Origin: Candidatus Heimdallarchaeota archaeon
GTDB taxonomy: Archaea > Asgardarchaeota > Heimdallarchaeia > Heimdallarchaeales > Heimdallarchaeaceae
Length of the DNA: 64,000 nt
Assembly (NCBI GenBank): GCA_030603365.1
Contig: JAUVXV010000002.1
Span: 192,001-256,000 of the forward strand
Direction of reading: 5' to 3'
Every line of letters starts with the position of its first letter. Position 1 is the first letter of the stretch. The notes under the pieces are model-generated. The model saw only the letters and a list, made by a program, of their open reading frames with translations, ran no database searches and had not been told where the DNA came from. Position numbers and translations under genes: made by a program. Of this stretch, positions 29,099 to 38,373 are shown piece by piece.

Positions 29099-30721
29099 TT
29101 ATTCTTTCCTCCGTTTTTGAACGATCAGAACAACAACAAACGAGAATAGAATACTGAACGAAAAGAAAAGCAGAGAGAGAGTCTGGAACTCAGGAACAAC
29201 GGGAGAGGATACAGTAAAAGAGTAGTATAAACCATTGTTGTCCTCAGTAGCTTCGTTATGTTCAGGACAATTGTCAGTAGCTGTGATGTAATAACTAATA
29301 ACAGTATCAACGGTAAAAGGACCAATGGGTACTTGGTACGTAGAACCAGTTGAAAGAGTCATAGAAACAACTACCCATCCACCAGCATTTATACGATAAT
29401 GGAGCATGACAGAATCAATGCCGGAAGAGTCAGTAATTGTTGCAGAGATGGTGATGGCACTGGAGTTTGTGGGGGGAAATGGACTGTGAGTGACGTTTTC
29501 GATACGTGGAGGAGTTTGAGGATATTCAGAAGGATAAGGATCAAAGGAAGTACTACTCCCATCAATAGAATAAGTGGTACTTCCGTCCCAATCTGACCAA
29601 TAGTTGCCACTTGATGATAATTGATCAAACCATTGATTATCAACGCCATCATCATAAGCTTGTGAAGGACCACCAAAATTGTTGTTATCAAAAATATTTC
29701 CGTAGATAAGGTTGGTAAATGATAGAATCGAGATACGAACGCTATAAGCACCATTATCATGTAAAAAGTTGTCAGTAATGAAAGTATAACTTGATTGGCT
29801 TAGAAAGATACCATAGATGGTATTGTTGCTACAATTATTCGCACTTACAGAATTATCACTAGAAGAAAGAAGACCGATACCAGCCTGGGTGTTGTAGCTA
29901 CACGTATTCGAAATTAAAGAATTATTAGTACTACCAGAAGAACCAAGCAAAATACCATAGTGGCTGTTGTAGCTACACGTATTCGAAATTAAAGAATTAT
30001 TAGTAGTACTAGCACCAAGACGGATACCATAGGTGTTGTTTGTACACGTGTTCGCACTTACAGAATTATAACTAGAAGAATAAAGACGGATACCACCATA
30101 GGTGTTGTTTGTACACGTGTTCGCACTTACAGAATTATTAGTACTAAAATCAAGACTGATACCATAGTCAATGTTGTTTGTACACGTGTTCGCACTTACA
30201 GAATTATTATCACTAGAAGAAAGCTGGATACCTTTGTAGTTGTTTGTACACGTGTTCGCACTTACAGAATTATTATCACTAGAAGAAAGCTGGATACCAA
30301 AGTTGTTATTGCTTGTACAAGTATTGTTCAGTATTGTTGCCGTACCATCAGCGATGCTGTCTATATGAATACCAACAAGGTTTGCGTCGACATAACAGTT
30401 ATGAATAACGAAATATTTCGTTGTGCTAGCAATATAAATACCTTTATCACTCGTTGTTGTAATATTATACCCTTCGATCACATAGGGATCTACAACAGTC
30501 CCTGTTCCAGGAAAACTGCTAAAACCGCTATCATCAGTGATGCTTATTGCGCTGTGTGGGGTAAGAGCTGAGACGAATAGTGGAGTAGATTTAGAGTTTT
30601 TTTGCGCATAAGTAGTTACTAGAGAAGAAATCAAGAGTACACTTAGCAAAATTATCGTTCTAGAGAACTTTGTTTTCTTGTTTTTTACTATTTTCATAAT
30701 TAACCATCTAACCAAAGTCAT
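29099..30721 (-). CDS. Secreted parallel beta-helix (NosD/CASH) + Ig-like surface protein with PEF-CTERM-like anchor
   Basis: GTGTVVDPYVIEGY, NNSVSANTCTNN repeats, GNYWSDW, ISATITDSSG Ig domain, VVPEF-TM-KRRKE. Start may be ATG 30697. Confidence 0.85.
   Translation of the reverse strand: MTLVRWLIMKIVKNKKTKFSRTIILLSVLLISSLVTTYAQKNSKSTPLFVSALTPHSAISITDDSGFSSFPGTGTVVDPYVIEGYNITTTSDKGIYIASTTKYFVIHNCYVDANLVGIHIDSIADGTATILNNTCTSNNNFGIQLSSSDNNSVSANTCTNNYKGIQLSSSDNNSVSANTCTNNIDYGISLDFSTNNSVSANTCTNNTYGGIRLYSSSYNSVSANTCTNNTYGIRLGASTTNNSLISNTCSYNSHYGILLGSSGSTNNSLISNTCSYNTQAGIGLLSSSDNSVSANNCSNNTIYGIFLSQSSYTFITDNFLHDNGAYSVRISILSFTNLIYGNIFDNNNFGGPSQAYDDGVDNQWFDQLSSSGNYWSDWDGSTTYSIDGSSTSFDPYPSEYPQTPPRIENVTHSPFPPTNSSAITISATITDSSGIDSVMLHYRINAGGWVVVSMTLSTGSTYQVPIGPFTVDTVISYYITATDNCPEHNEATEDNNGLYYSFTVSSPVVPEFQTLSLLFFSFSILFSFVVVLIVQKRRKE
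29891..30298. repeat. Intragenic tandem repeats of beta-helix coils
   Basis: 35-bp GTTGTTTGTACACGTGTTCGCACTTACAGAATTAT at 30035, 30104, 30173 and 30239 (periods 69, 69, 66); 40-bp GTTGTAGCTACACG...ATTAGTA at 29891 and 29966 (period 75). Confidence 0.9.
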
Positions 30722-31013
30722 GTAATAAAACGTGAAACAATATATAACCTTTGTGCCTTTTTTGTTCTTATTTTTTTGCTGTTTAACTAATGTAGCAAAG
30801 AGTATCTTTTGAAGGATTCTAGCTATGCCCCAAATTCCTGGTGATCCTCAGGGACACCCTCTACACGATGAAAAGCGGGTCGTAAGTATCCGTTCTATAA
30901 GCTGTGAGTGGTGAAATAGGGTATGTGGTTTATCTTCTCATAGTAAGCTATTCAGCGATGAAACTCTAGCAAAGATGGTGTTATATGACTAGATGACAGA
31001 ATCAAATCATGGA

Positions 31014-32339
31014 TTATTTTCCCAAACCTATACCATAATAGATGACTCCTTCTGCTCTCATTTTTGCAGGATCAAAGAAGCGTCTACCATCTATTAGAAT
31101 AGGTGTTTTCATTGATTCAGCAAAAATTTTAGGGGTTAGAAGTGCAAACTTTTTCCATTCAGTAACAAGGATACATGCATCTGCATCTTCTAAAGCTTCT
31201 GCAGGATCTTTCACGAAATGAAGATTTGAGTGATCAAGATATCCTTTTGCATTTTCTATAGCAATAGGATCAGTTGCATAGATTATTGCATCTTTATCTA
31301 ATAAGTGGTTTATAATAGGGATTGATACCGCATCTCTCATATCATCAGTATCTGGTTTAAAAGCTAATCCAAGGATAACAATTTTCTTTCCTTCAAATGA
31401 TCTATCTTCTAATGCACTTTTTAATATCTCAACAGCCCTTAGAGGTTGTTTCTTATTTGCCGCAATTGTAGATTCAAGTAGCTTGGAAGGAACACCTACT
31501 TCTTTAGACTGATGATAGAGTGCGCTAATATCTTTAGGAAAACATGATCCACCCCAACCGAGACCAGCTCTAAGAAACTTATCTGAAATACGATGATCTA
31601 GACCCATTCCTTTCGCAACATCTTGTATGTCACTTCCAATCTTCTCTGTTATGTTTGCTATTTCATTTATGAAAGAAATTTTCATAGCAAGAAACGAATT
31701 AGAAGTTATCTTGATCATTTCTGCTGTTGTGGGATCTACTTCTAGAATTGGGGAATCAAAATCCTCAAAGACAGTTCTTATACTCTTGATTGATCTTTCA
31801 TCTATCCCTCCTATTACTATTCTATCTGGATTCAAGAAATCTTCAACAGCAACTCCTTCTCTAAGAAATTCAGGGTTAAAACCAAGACCAAAATCTTCTC
31901 CACTTTCCTTTCCACTAGTTTCTTCTAAAATTGGTTTAATCAGATTTAATGTAGTTCCTGGAGAACATGTACTTTTAATCACAACCACTTTATAATCATC
32001 AGATTCTTTCAATGCTAAACCGACATTTTTTGTAGCTTCTTCTAAATATGTATAGTCAAAGATTGCTTCATCTTTAGACGGAGTACCAACACAGATAATG
32101 ATAAGTTCAGACAGCATAACTGCATCTTTTGCATTCAAGGTAGCTTTTAGCTTTTTCTTTGGAACTAGTTCTTTGAGTAATTCATCAAGTCCTTCTTCAT
32201 AGATTGGAGCTATTCCTTCATTAATTTTTGAGACTTTTTCTTCAATTACATCAACACAAATAACATCGTGTCCTTTACTAGCGAAACAAGCACCAGTGAC
32301 AAGTCCTACATATCCTGTACCGATTATAGCTATTTTCAT
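31014..32339 (-). CDS. ugd: UDP-glucose/GDP-mannose 6-dehydrogenase
   Basis: IGTGYVGL, CVGTP, KST, NPEFLREG, GGSCFPKD, GLAFKPDTDDMR, DGR. Confidence 0.95.
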   Translation of the reverse strand: MKIAIIGTGYVGLVTGACFASKGHDVICVDVIEEKVSKINEGIAPIYEEGLDELLKELVPKKKLKATLNAKDAVMLSELIIICVGTPSKDEAIFDYTYLEEATKNVGLALKESDDYKVVVIKSTCSPGTTLNLIKPILEETSGKESGEDFGLGFNPEFLREGVAVEDFLNPDRIVIGGIDERSIKSIRTVFEDFDSPILEVDPTTAEMIKITSNSFLAMKISFINEIANITEKIGSDIQDVAKGMGLDHRISDKFLRAGLGWGGSCFPKDISALYHQSKEVGVPSKLLESTIAANKKQPLRAVEILKSALEDRSFEGKKIVILGLAFKPDTDDMRDAVSIPIINHLLDKDAIIYATDPIAIENAKGYLDHSNLHFVKDPAEALEDADACILVTEWKKFALLTPKIFAESMKTPILIDGRRFFDPAKMRAEGVIYYGIGLGK

Positions 32340-32449
32340 TTTCGTCAATCAAAGATTGCTTATCAGATTATAATAACATTTGTCCAGAAGTTGTCCAGAA
32401 GCTTGCTCATCCCAAAAAGTTATGAAGAACAAAAAAGAGTATTCCATCA

Positions 32450-33760
32450 ATGTCAGTTTACAGGTCAATAGCAGATCAGGTTCACAAATATATCGATATT
32501 TATGAGAAAAATATAATCGATATTGTTGATACGTCTATTTTTCAGCGTCTTAGACGTATTATTCAGTTGGGTGGTGTGTCCATTTCCTATCCATCAGCTA
32601 CTCACAGTAGATTCATACACAGTTTAGGAGCTCATCATGTTGCTAATCGAATTGGCAATTTTCTGAATAAAAAACACCCAAACATATTAACTCAGGATGA
32701 TCTTAGAAAAGTTAGTTTAACTGCACTTATTCATGATATAGGGCATGGTCCATTTTCACATATGTTTGAAGACACTATACGTTTACTCTGTAAAAATTCG
32801 AACAATGAGACATGTAGCGATAAATATGAAGCATTCTTAAGACATGAAAACATCTCTGAGCAAATCGTTATGGATGATGAATCAGAGATAGCTCAGATAT
32901 TAGAAAGAGAAGGTTATAATCGGAAACAACTTGGAAGTATGATCCAAGGAAGAAGTATAGAAGATAAACCATTTAACAATCAGATAATCAATTCTCAATT
33001 AGATGCAGATTCATTAGATTATTTGATGAGAGATTCTGTGGCAACAGGTGTTTCATTTGGATTATATAATCTTGAACGTTTATTTGACATGATGGAGTTA
33101 ACTGATGACGGAACTATAATCATCAGAGAGAAAGGGATTCAATCTGTTGAACAAGTAGTTATAGCTCTTTATATGCAGTTTAGCAGAGTTTACTTCCATA
33201 AAACAGTTAGGTGTTATGAGTATATGCTAAAATTATTCATTTCACAAGTTTTACAGATGTTAGAAGAAGGTAAGAAACTTGAAGTTTTACCATTTATAAA
33301 GGAGTTCTCAGATAAGCCCTATTGGAAAACGCTGATGACTTTAACTGATGATATAATTTATACACAACTTCACTACTCTGCTCAAAAAGAAGAAAATAGT
33401 CCTTTTATCAAGAAATTAGCTAACGAAATATTGAAACGTAATCTATACAAAAGTATTCCATTAACTGAAGAAATGGCTTCACAAGTTTTGGAAAATAAAG
33501 ATAAAATTAACTTCATTGTTAGAAAGTATGACTATCCTATTGTCAGTTGGGATATTGATCAATTCAGTAGCAGATATTATACTCATTATGATGAAACCAA
33601 TAGAAATGCTATCATGATAAAGATGAAAGGTGGACAACTGAAACAGCTTTCAGAGGTATCTGATGTAGTTGCTAGTCTAACAAAACCGAAGTACAATAAT
33701 CTCTTAATCTTTCCAGCTCCTTGTAGAGAAGAAATTACAAAATTGGTTAAAGAGATATAG
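32450..33760 (+). CDS. HD-superfamily phosphohydrolase, SAMHD1-like dNTP triphosphohydrolase family
   Basis: FQRLRRIIQLG, HSRFIHSLG, HDIGHGPFSH, DADSLDYLMRD, VYFHK. Confidence 0.9.
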   Translation: MSVYRSIADQVHKYIDIYEKNIIDIVDTSIFQRLRRIIQLGGVSISYPSATHSRFIHSLGAHHVANRIGNFLNKKHPNILTQDDLRKVSLTALIHDIGHGPFSHMFEDTIRLLCKNSNNETCSDKYEAFLRHENISEQIVMDDESEIAQILEREGYNRKQLGSMIQGRSIEDKPFNNQIINSQLDADSLDYLMRDSVATGVSFGLYNLERLFDMMELTDDGTIIIREKGIQSVEQVVIALYMQFSRVYFHKTVRCYEYMLKLFISQVLQMLEEGKKLEVLPFIKEFSDKPYWKTLMTLTDDIIYTQLHYSAQKEENSPFIKKLANEILKRNLYKSIPLTEEMASQVLENKDKINFIVRKYDYPIVSWDIDQFSSRYYTHYDETNRNAIMIKMKGGQLKQLSEVSDVVASLTKPKYNNLLIFPAPCREEITKLVKEI

Positions 33761-33785
33761 GAAAAAGAAGAAAAAGAAGAAAAGG

Positions 33786-36512
33786 TTAGTATTGATAATC
33801 GTCTTCGTTTCTAGAATCTGATTGATCTTGAACATCATCATAACTGGTAGTTGGTTTTTCTTCAAACTGCTTTTCTTGTTGAGAATATACAGGTTTAGAT
33901 ATAGTACGAGGAGTTTCAGTTATTGCTAGCTCATTCCTAATGATTCTGGGTTCCTTTTGATTAGACTCTACTACATTTTTGTATTTCCTAGTCATATCTT
34001 TTAGACCACAGTTCTTACAATAAGGATACTTGGTTTTGGTTATGTCACCGCAATATGGACATCTACGTAATTTTCTCAAAATGCGGAGTGAAAACTGTTT
34101 CCATAGTATAACCCAAACAATACCCAATGAACCTAAAATTTTTACAACATCAGATTGAAAAGCAATTTCTAACCAATAATAGAGCCTTTCCAGTGATTTC
34201 AGAGGAACAGTATAGATTTCAAAACTTAGCACATGTAGAGACATTCCGGGTATATCAACCGTTACTTCAACCAAAACAGTTTCTCCAGCTTTCAAGTAAT
34301 CTTTGTCTATGATTATTGTGGAAGGTAGTTCAAATTTTGTATTTCCTGTTGAATTTTGGAATGTAACATTATCAATAGTTAATGTAGCTGGTACATTGAA
34401 TAATGGTGCTTCGATTCTCGTATCCACATCTAAGTAGATGGTCAAATCATCACCTTCTTTACCTTCAGGAGCAGGATTCAAATCTAGAACTAACTCATTA
34501 AGTTTGATTGTTACATCTTTCTCTATAGTTCTAAGAAGATATCCAGGTTTAGAAGCTTCGATAAAGAATGTAGTGTTAAAACTAGTAGCACTTTCATCTG
34601 CAAGATCATAGAATAACATTAATTCTTGAATAGGTATGAATACCGTGGCATAACCGCCAGCATCTGTAAATTCACTAATAGTAAAGCCAGCTAAACGTAC
34701 TATTACTTCAGCACTAGCAATCCCAGATCCAGTTTCATCCTCACATGTAATAGTCAACACTAAACCTGAATCTACAAGTTGAGTGATTTCTGGATTTGTA
34801 GGCTCTGTTGAAATATGAATTATCTTTACAAAGGTAAGTAGCAGGTTATAATCAAACACTAAGAAGTTAGCGAATTTGATTTGAAGTAATAGGAAATGAT
34901 CACCACCTTCTGTTGAGGTGAAATTCACTTTTACTTTTTGACTTGTTTGTAGTTGAATTCCATCAAGTGATGTTGTATTCATTCTGTAGTTTTGTGGATA
35001 AAAGATGGAAGCTATAGTATTGGAGGTAATATCAAATTCAAAGTTGAACGTAAAGGATTTGTTACTTGATCTGAATATAGAGGTTGTTTCAGGAATATCT
35101 ATAAACCAATCACAAACCATTGCTTGATTAGGTATTAGTATAGTTGGTCTTACTAACATTGTAAATAATGGATAAAATTTCATCATCATTGTAATGGCTT
35201 GATAATTTACAATATGTGGATTACTGTGGGGTATATCATAAATCAGATCTAACTGAGCCCCAGATTCAGTTATACCTGCTTGGAAGTATTCTGGTGCAAT
35301 AAATGTACTATCCAATATACTTTGAAATAGATTATTAATTTCAATGAATGAAGGAGTTAAGCCTGTCATCTCTAGTTTCAATCTTTTGAATTCTATGGAA
35401 TGAGAAAGATACAAACTGTTTTCATATGTAAGTGCTGTTTCAGCTAAGCTTAAGGAAAGGAGGTTGAACTTTGTGTGTAACAAATTTGTTATGGAACTTC
35501 TGAAATATTCTTTCAAAGTTGTTTCTCCCATATCTGTCCAGTTGAAATAGTTATCACTTACACCGAGATTGCCTTGGGTATGTTCATATTTACTTATCTG
35601 CATTAATGCAGTATTCATGTAGATATTTCCTTGAAGATCAGCTTCGTCATATTCAGCAGAAGCTATTGCGTCTGATGATCTGTAAAGAAAACCGAAATCA
35701 CCAGAAGGTAAGGTAAAAGTTTGATTAGCATTTGTTCTATAAGTATCTACAACAAGTTTTGCTTGGTTATAGTATGTTGAAGTCATATTTGAAGCATAAT
35801 TAGCCATAGAGAATAAACCAGTAGCTCTTGCAGAACTGTGATAAGGTGGACCTACAATAACCTCATATTGAGATTGAGTCAACTCTAAAGTCGAGAATAT
35901 TGAATTTGATGGTGTATCATAAAATAGTGTTGTCAAGTTAGTAAATAGTTTGTTTGCATAGCTTCTGATAACAGCAGCTGTAAAGACATCTCCATCAACT
36001 TCAAGTGCTTGTGCCAATCTGTTGTACATAATTACTAACAAGAAATTTTCATCTGCGTTAAATTCGTAATGTGTTATTCGGTTTTCACCTCTTATGTAGG
36101 TTCCATTTACATCAAGTTTCATGGATGATGAAGCAATTATAGCTTTAGTAATTAAATCAGGATCTCCTGTAATAAAGAAAAGATCAATACTTGTTAGTAC
36201 CAATTGAACAGCAGTAAGATCCCAAATCCTGTTACTTGGAATTTCAAGGAAAGGAAAAATGGTTCCTATTTCAAAGTAAATCCCAGTAGCAAATTCTATA
36301 CCTACACTGTCAAAATAATTTGCTACATAGCTTTCATTGGAGGGAGGTGGAGGAAGCAATTTAGGAGGGGTGCTATTAGTAGTATTCTTGTCTATATCTG
36401 TTTCAGTTTCTGTTATTACATATTCAACACCTATATTTTGGTTTGGTATTAAAGGAACAAACAGAAGAGAAATTATTATACTTAAAAATACTAAATTCTT
36501 TTTTGAATTCAT
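33786..36512 (-). CDS. Large single-pass membrane protein with helical and Ig-like ectodomains and a cytoplasmic zinc ribbon
   Basis: Signal peptide, ~770-aa ectodomain, TM (ILGSLGIVWVILW), RCPYCG-x9-CKNCG, acidic tail. Confidence 0.8.
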   Translation of the reverse strand: MNSKKNLVFLSIIISLLFVPLIPNQNIGVEYVITETETDIDKNTTNSTPPKLLPPPPSNESYVANYFDSVGIEFATGIYFEIGTIFPFLEIPSNRIWDLTAVQLVLTSIDLFFITGDPDLITKAIIASSSMKLDVNGTYIRGENRITHYEFNADENFLLVIMYNRLAQALEVDGDVFTAAVIRSYANKLFTNLTTLFYDTPSNSIFSTLELTQSQYEVIVGPPYHSSARATGLFSMANYASNMTSTYYNQAKLVVDTYRTNANQTFTLPSGDFGFLYRSSDAIASAEYDEADLQGNIYMNTALMQISKYEHTQGNLGVSDNYFNWTDMGETTLKEYFRSSITNLLHTKFNLLSLSLAETALTYENSLYLSHSIEFKRLKLEMTGLTPSFIEINNLFQSILDSTFIAPEYFQAGITESGAQLDLIYDIPHSNPHIVNYQAITMMMKFYPLFTMLVRPTILIPNQAMVCDWFIDIPETTSIFRSSNKSFTFNFEFDITSNTIASIFYPQNYRMNTTSLDGIQLQTSQKVKVNFTSTEGGDHFLLLQIKFANFLVFDYNLLLTFVKIIHISTEPTNPEITQLVDSGLVLTITCEDETGSGIASAEVIVRLAGFTISEFTDAGGYATVFIPIQELMLFYDLADESATSFNTTFFIEASKPGYLLRTIEKDVTIKLNELVLDLNPAPEGKEGDDLTIYLDVDTRIEAPLFNVPATLTIDNVTFQNSTGNTKFELPSTIIIDKDYLKAGETVLVEVTVDIPGMSLHVLSFEIYTVPLKSLERLYYWLEIAFQSDVVKILGSLGIVWVILWKQFSLRILRKLRRCPYCGDITKTKYPYCKNCGLKDMTRKYKNVVESNQKEPRIIRNELAITETPRTISKPVYSQQEKQFEEKPTTSYDDVQDQSDSRNEDDYQY

Positions 36513-36613
36513 AATTTCTAATTTGTTAATTATCTAAAAAAAACCTTCGCTAAAGGCTATGGAATTGTTTCTCTTTTAGAGAGTGTAAGAAGTGATTATA
36601 CTGTAAAAAAGGG

Positions 36614-38368
36614 TTATTTCTTTTTACCTTTTCTTCTCTTCTTTTTTTCCTCAATTTGGAGATATTCCATCACAATTTCCTTCAAATCACCTTTTGTTAT
36701 TCTTCTATCATCCTCCACTTGACCATCTAACAGTTTTATGTGTCTGAAACCAGGTCGAAGTAAAGTTAGATCATGAGAACATGTTATTATTGTTGAATTG
36801 TTAATTCTAACTGTATCCATCAGCATATCCATCACGCTTCTTGCTAAATCTGTGTCAAGATTTGCTGTTGGTTCATCAGCTAGAATCACACTTGTTCTCC
36901 TATTAAGTGCAGTTGCTAGCGCTGCTCTTTGTTTCTCCCCTTCAGATAATTCACCAGGGTAAGAATCAAGTTTATGATCAATGAAGCATTCTTTAGCAAC
37001 AGATAGACTGTATTCCTTGTCAAATTTCTGACGCGAGAAAAGATAAGGTATTGTGAAATTATCCTTAATCTGTAATGGTCCAAATAGGTTATTATGTTGA
37101 GTTATGTAAGCTATATTTTTTAGTCTGAATAGAGACGTTTCTTTTTCTGAAGATTCATTCACTGCAAAGCCTTCAACTTTAATCTGACCTTTTTCAGGTT
37201 TGATCAAACCAGCAATAAGATTGAGTAAGGTAGTCTTACCAACCCCAGAAGGTCCAGAAATAAAGATAAAATCCCCTTTATTGAAATTGATATTCAAATT
37301 TGAAATTACTTCGTTATAACCAGCTCTTGATTGATATCCCTTTGTTAGACCCTTAATTCTAATGAATGGTTTAGTTTTTTCAGGGGGGATAAATTCTCTA
37401 CTTAGTAGTTTTTCTACTTCCTCCATAGAAACTTGTTCAATTTCAGTATCTGATTCTTCTAAAGGATTTGAAATAATATCTAGAATTTTATCACGAGTAA
37501 TTGCATCTGGATTCCAAAATATACCTAATTTTTTCGAAGGATGGATATCAAATTCAACAACTTCTCCTAAAGCTGTTACTGCCTTAATTTCATCTGGAAT
37601 ACGAACAAAATTAGATGCATCCAAATATGATTTATTCACTTCTGAGGAATGCATCAAGAACTCTAATTCGTCTTTTCCAATATCCGTACCAATTCCAGCT
37701 AACCGTCCATCACGAATTACAAAACTTTTCTCAAATACATTCCTGTATCTAATATCATGAGTGACAACGAGAATTGTTTTTCCCATAGCTCGGTTAATCT
37801 GTTTGATTGTCTCAATCATATCTTGAGTATTCTTGGAATCTAATTGTCCTGTAGGCTCATCAGCTAGAAGGATATCAGGATTTTTAGCTAACGCGACGCC
37901 CATTGAGAGTCTCATTGCTTCTCCTCCAGATAATTTTTCTACCTTATTGTTTTCCACATGCTGCAAATTAAGTATCTTAAGAAGCTCATTTGCTTCCTTA
38001 TGGGATTGTTCTTTGGGTAAGAAAAACAGTTTTTTAGGAACGAGGAGATTCTGCTTAACAGAAAGATGTGGAAAAAGATTCTGTGTGGTAAATTGGTTGA
38101 TAATTCCTATGTGATAGAATCTGAATTCCCGTCTCTCGAATTCATCAAGTTCAGTGAAATCATGACCATTGATTAACAATTTGCCACTTGTAGGTAACTC
38201 TATTCCAGATAGAATCCTGACAAGAGTAGTTTTTCCAGCTCCAGAAGGTCCTATAATTGAGACAAGTTCTCCTTCTTTAACCTTTAAATCCATGCCCCTT
38301 AGGGCTGCTACCTTGTAATCAGTTGATTTATCATGATATACTTTTATTAGATCGGTACATGTTATCAT
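36614..38368 (-). CDS. ABC ATPase with two fused LolD-like NBDs (paralogue of 19729-21468)
   Basis: GPSGAGKTT/LSGGE/LADEP and GPSGVGKTT/LSEGE/LADEP. Start set at MITCTDL to match the paralogue's MIRCLDL. Confidence 0.92.
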   Translation of the reverse strand: MITCTDLIKVYHDKSTDYKVAALRGMDLKVKEGELVSIIGPSGAGKTTLVRILSGIELPTSGKLLINGHDFTELDEFERREFRFYHIGIINQFTTQNLFPHLSVKQNLLVPKKLFFLPKEQSHKEANELLKILNLQHVENNKVEKLSGGEAMRLSMGVALAKNPDILLADEPTGQLDSKNTQDMIETIKQINRAMGKTILVVTHDIRYRNVFEKSFVIRDGRLAGIGTDIGKDELEFLMHSSEVNKSYLDASNFVRIPDEIKAVTALGEVVEFDIHPSKKLGIFWNPDAITRDKILDIISNPLEESDTEIEQVSMEEVEKLLSREFIPPEKTKPFIRIKGLTKGYQSRAGYNEVISNLNINFNKGDFIFISGPSGVGKTTLLNLIAGLIKPEKGQIKVEGFAVNESSEKETSLFRLKNIAYITQHNNLFGPLQIKDNFTIPYLFSRQKFDKEYSLSVAKECFIDHKLDSYPGELSEGEKQRAALATALNRRTSVILADEPTANLDTDLARSVMDMLMDTVRINNSTIITCSHDLTLLRPGFRHIKLLDGQVEDDRRITKGDLKEIVMEYLQIEEKKKRRKGKKK

Positions 38369-38373
38369 TTTTA

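Noticed and set aside
30035-30273. CRISPR-like pattern: four 35-bp repeats with 31-34-bp spacers
   Set aside because: Periods are multiples of 3 within an intact beta-helix ORF, the spacers resemble each other, and no cas genes are in the window.
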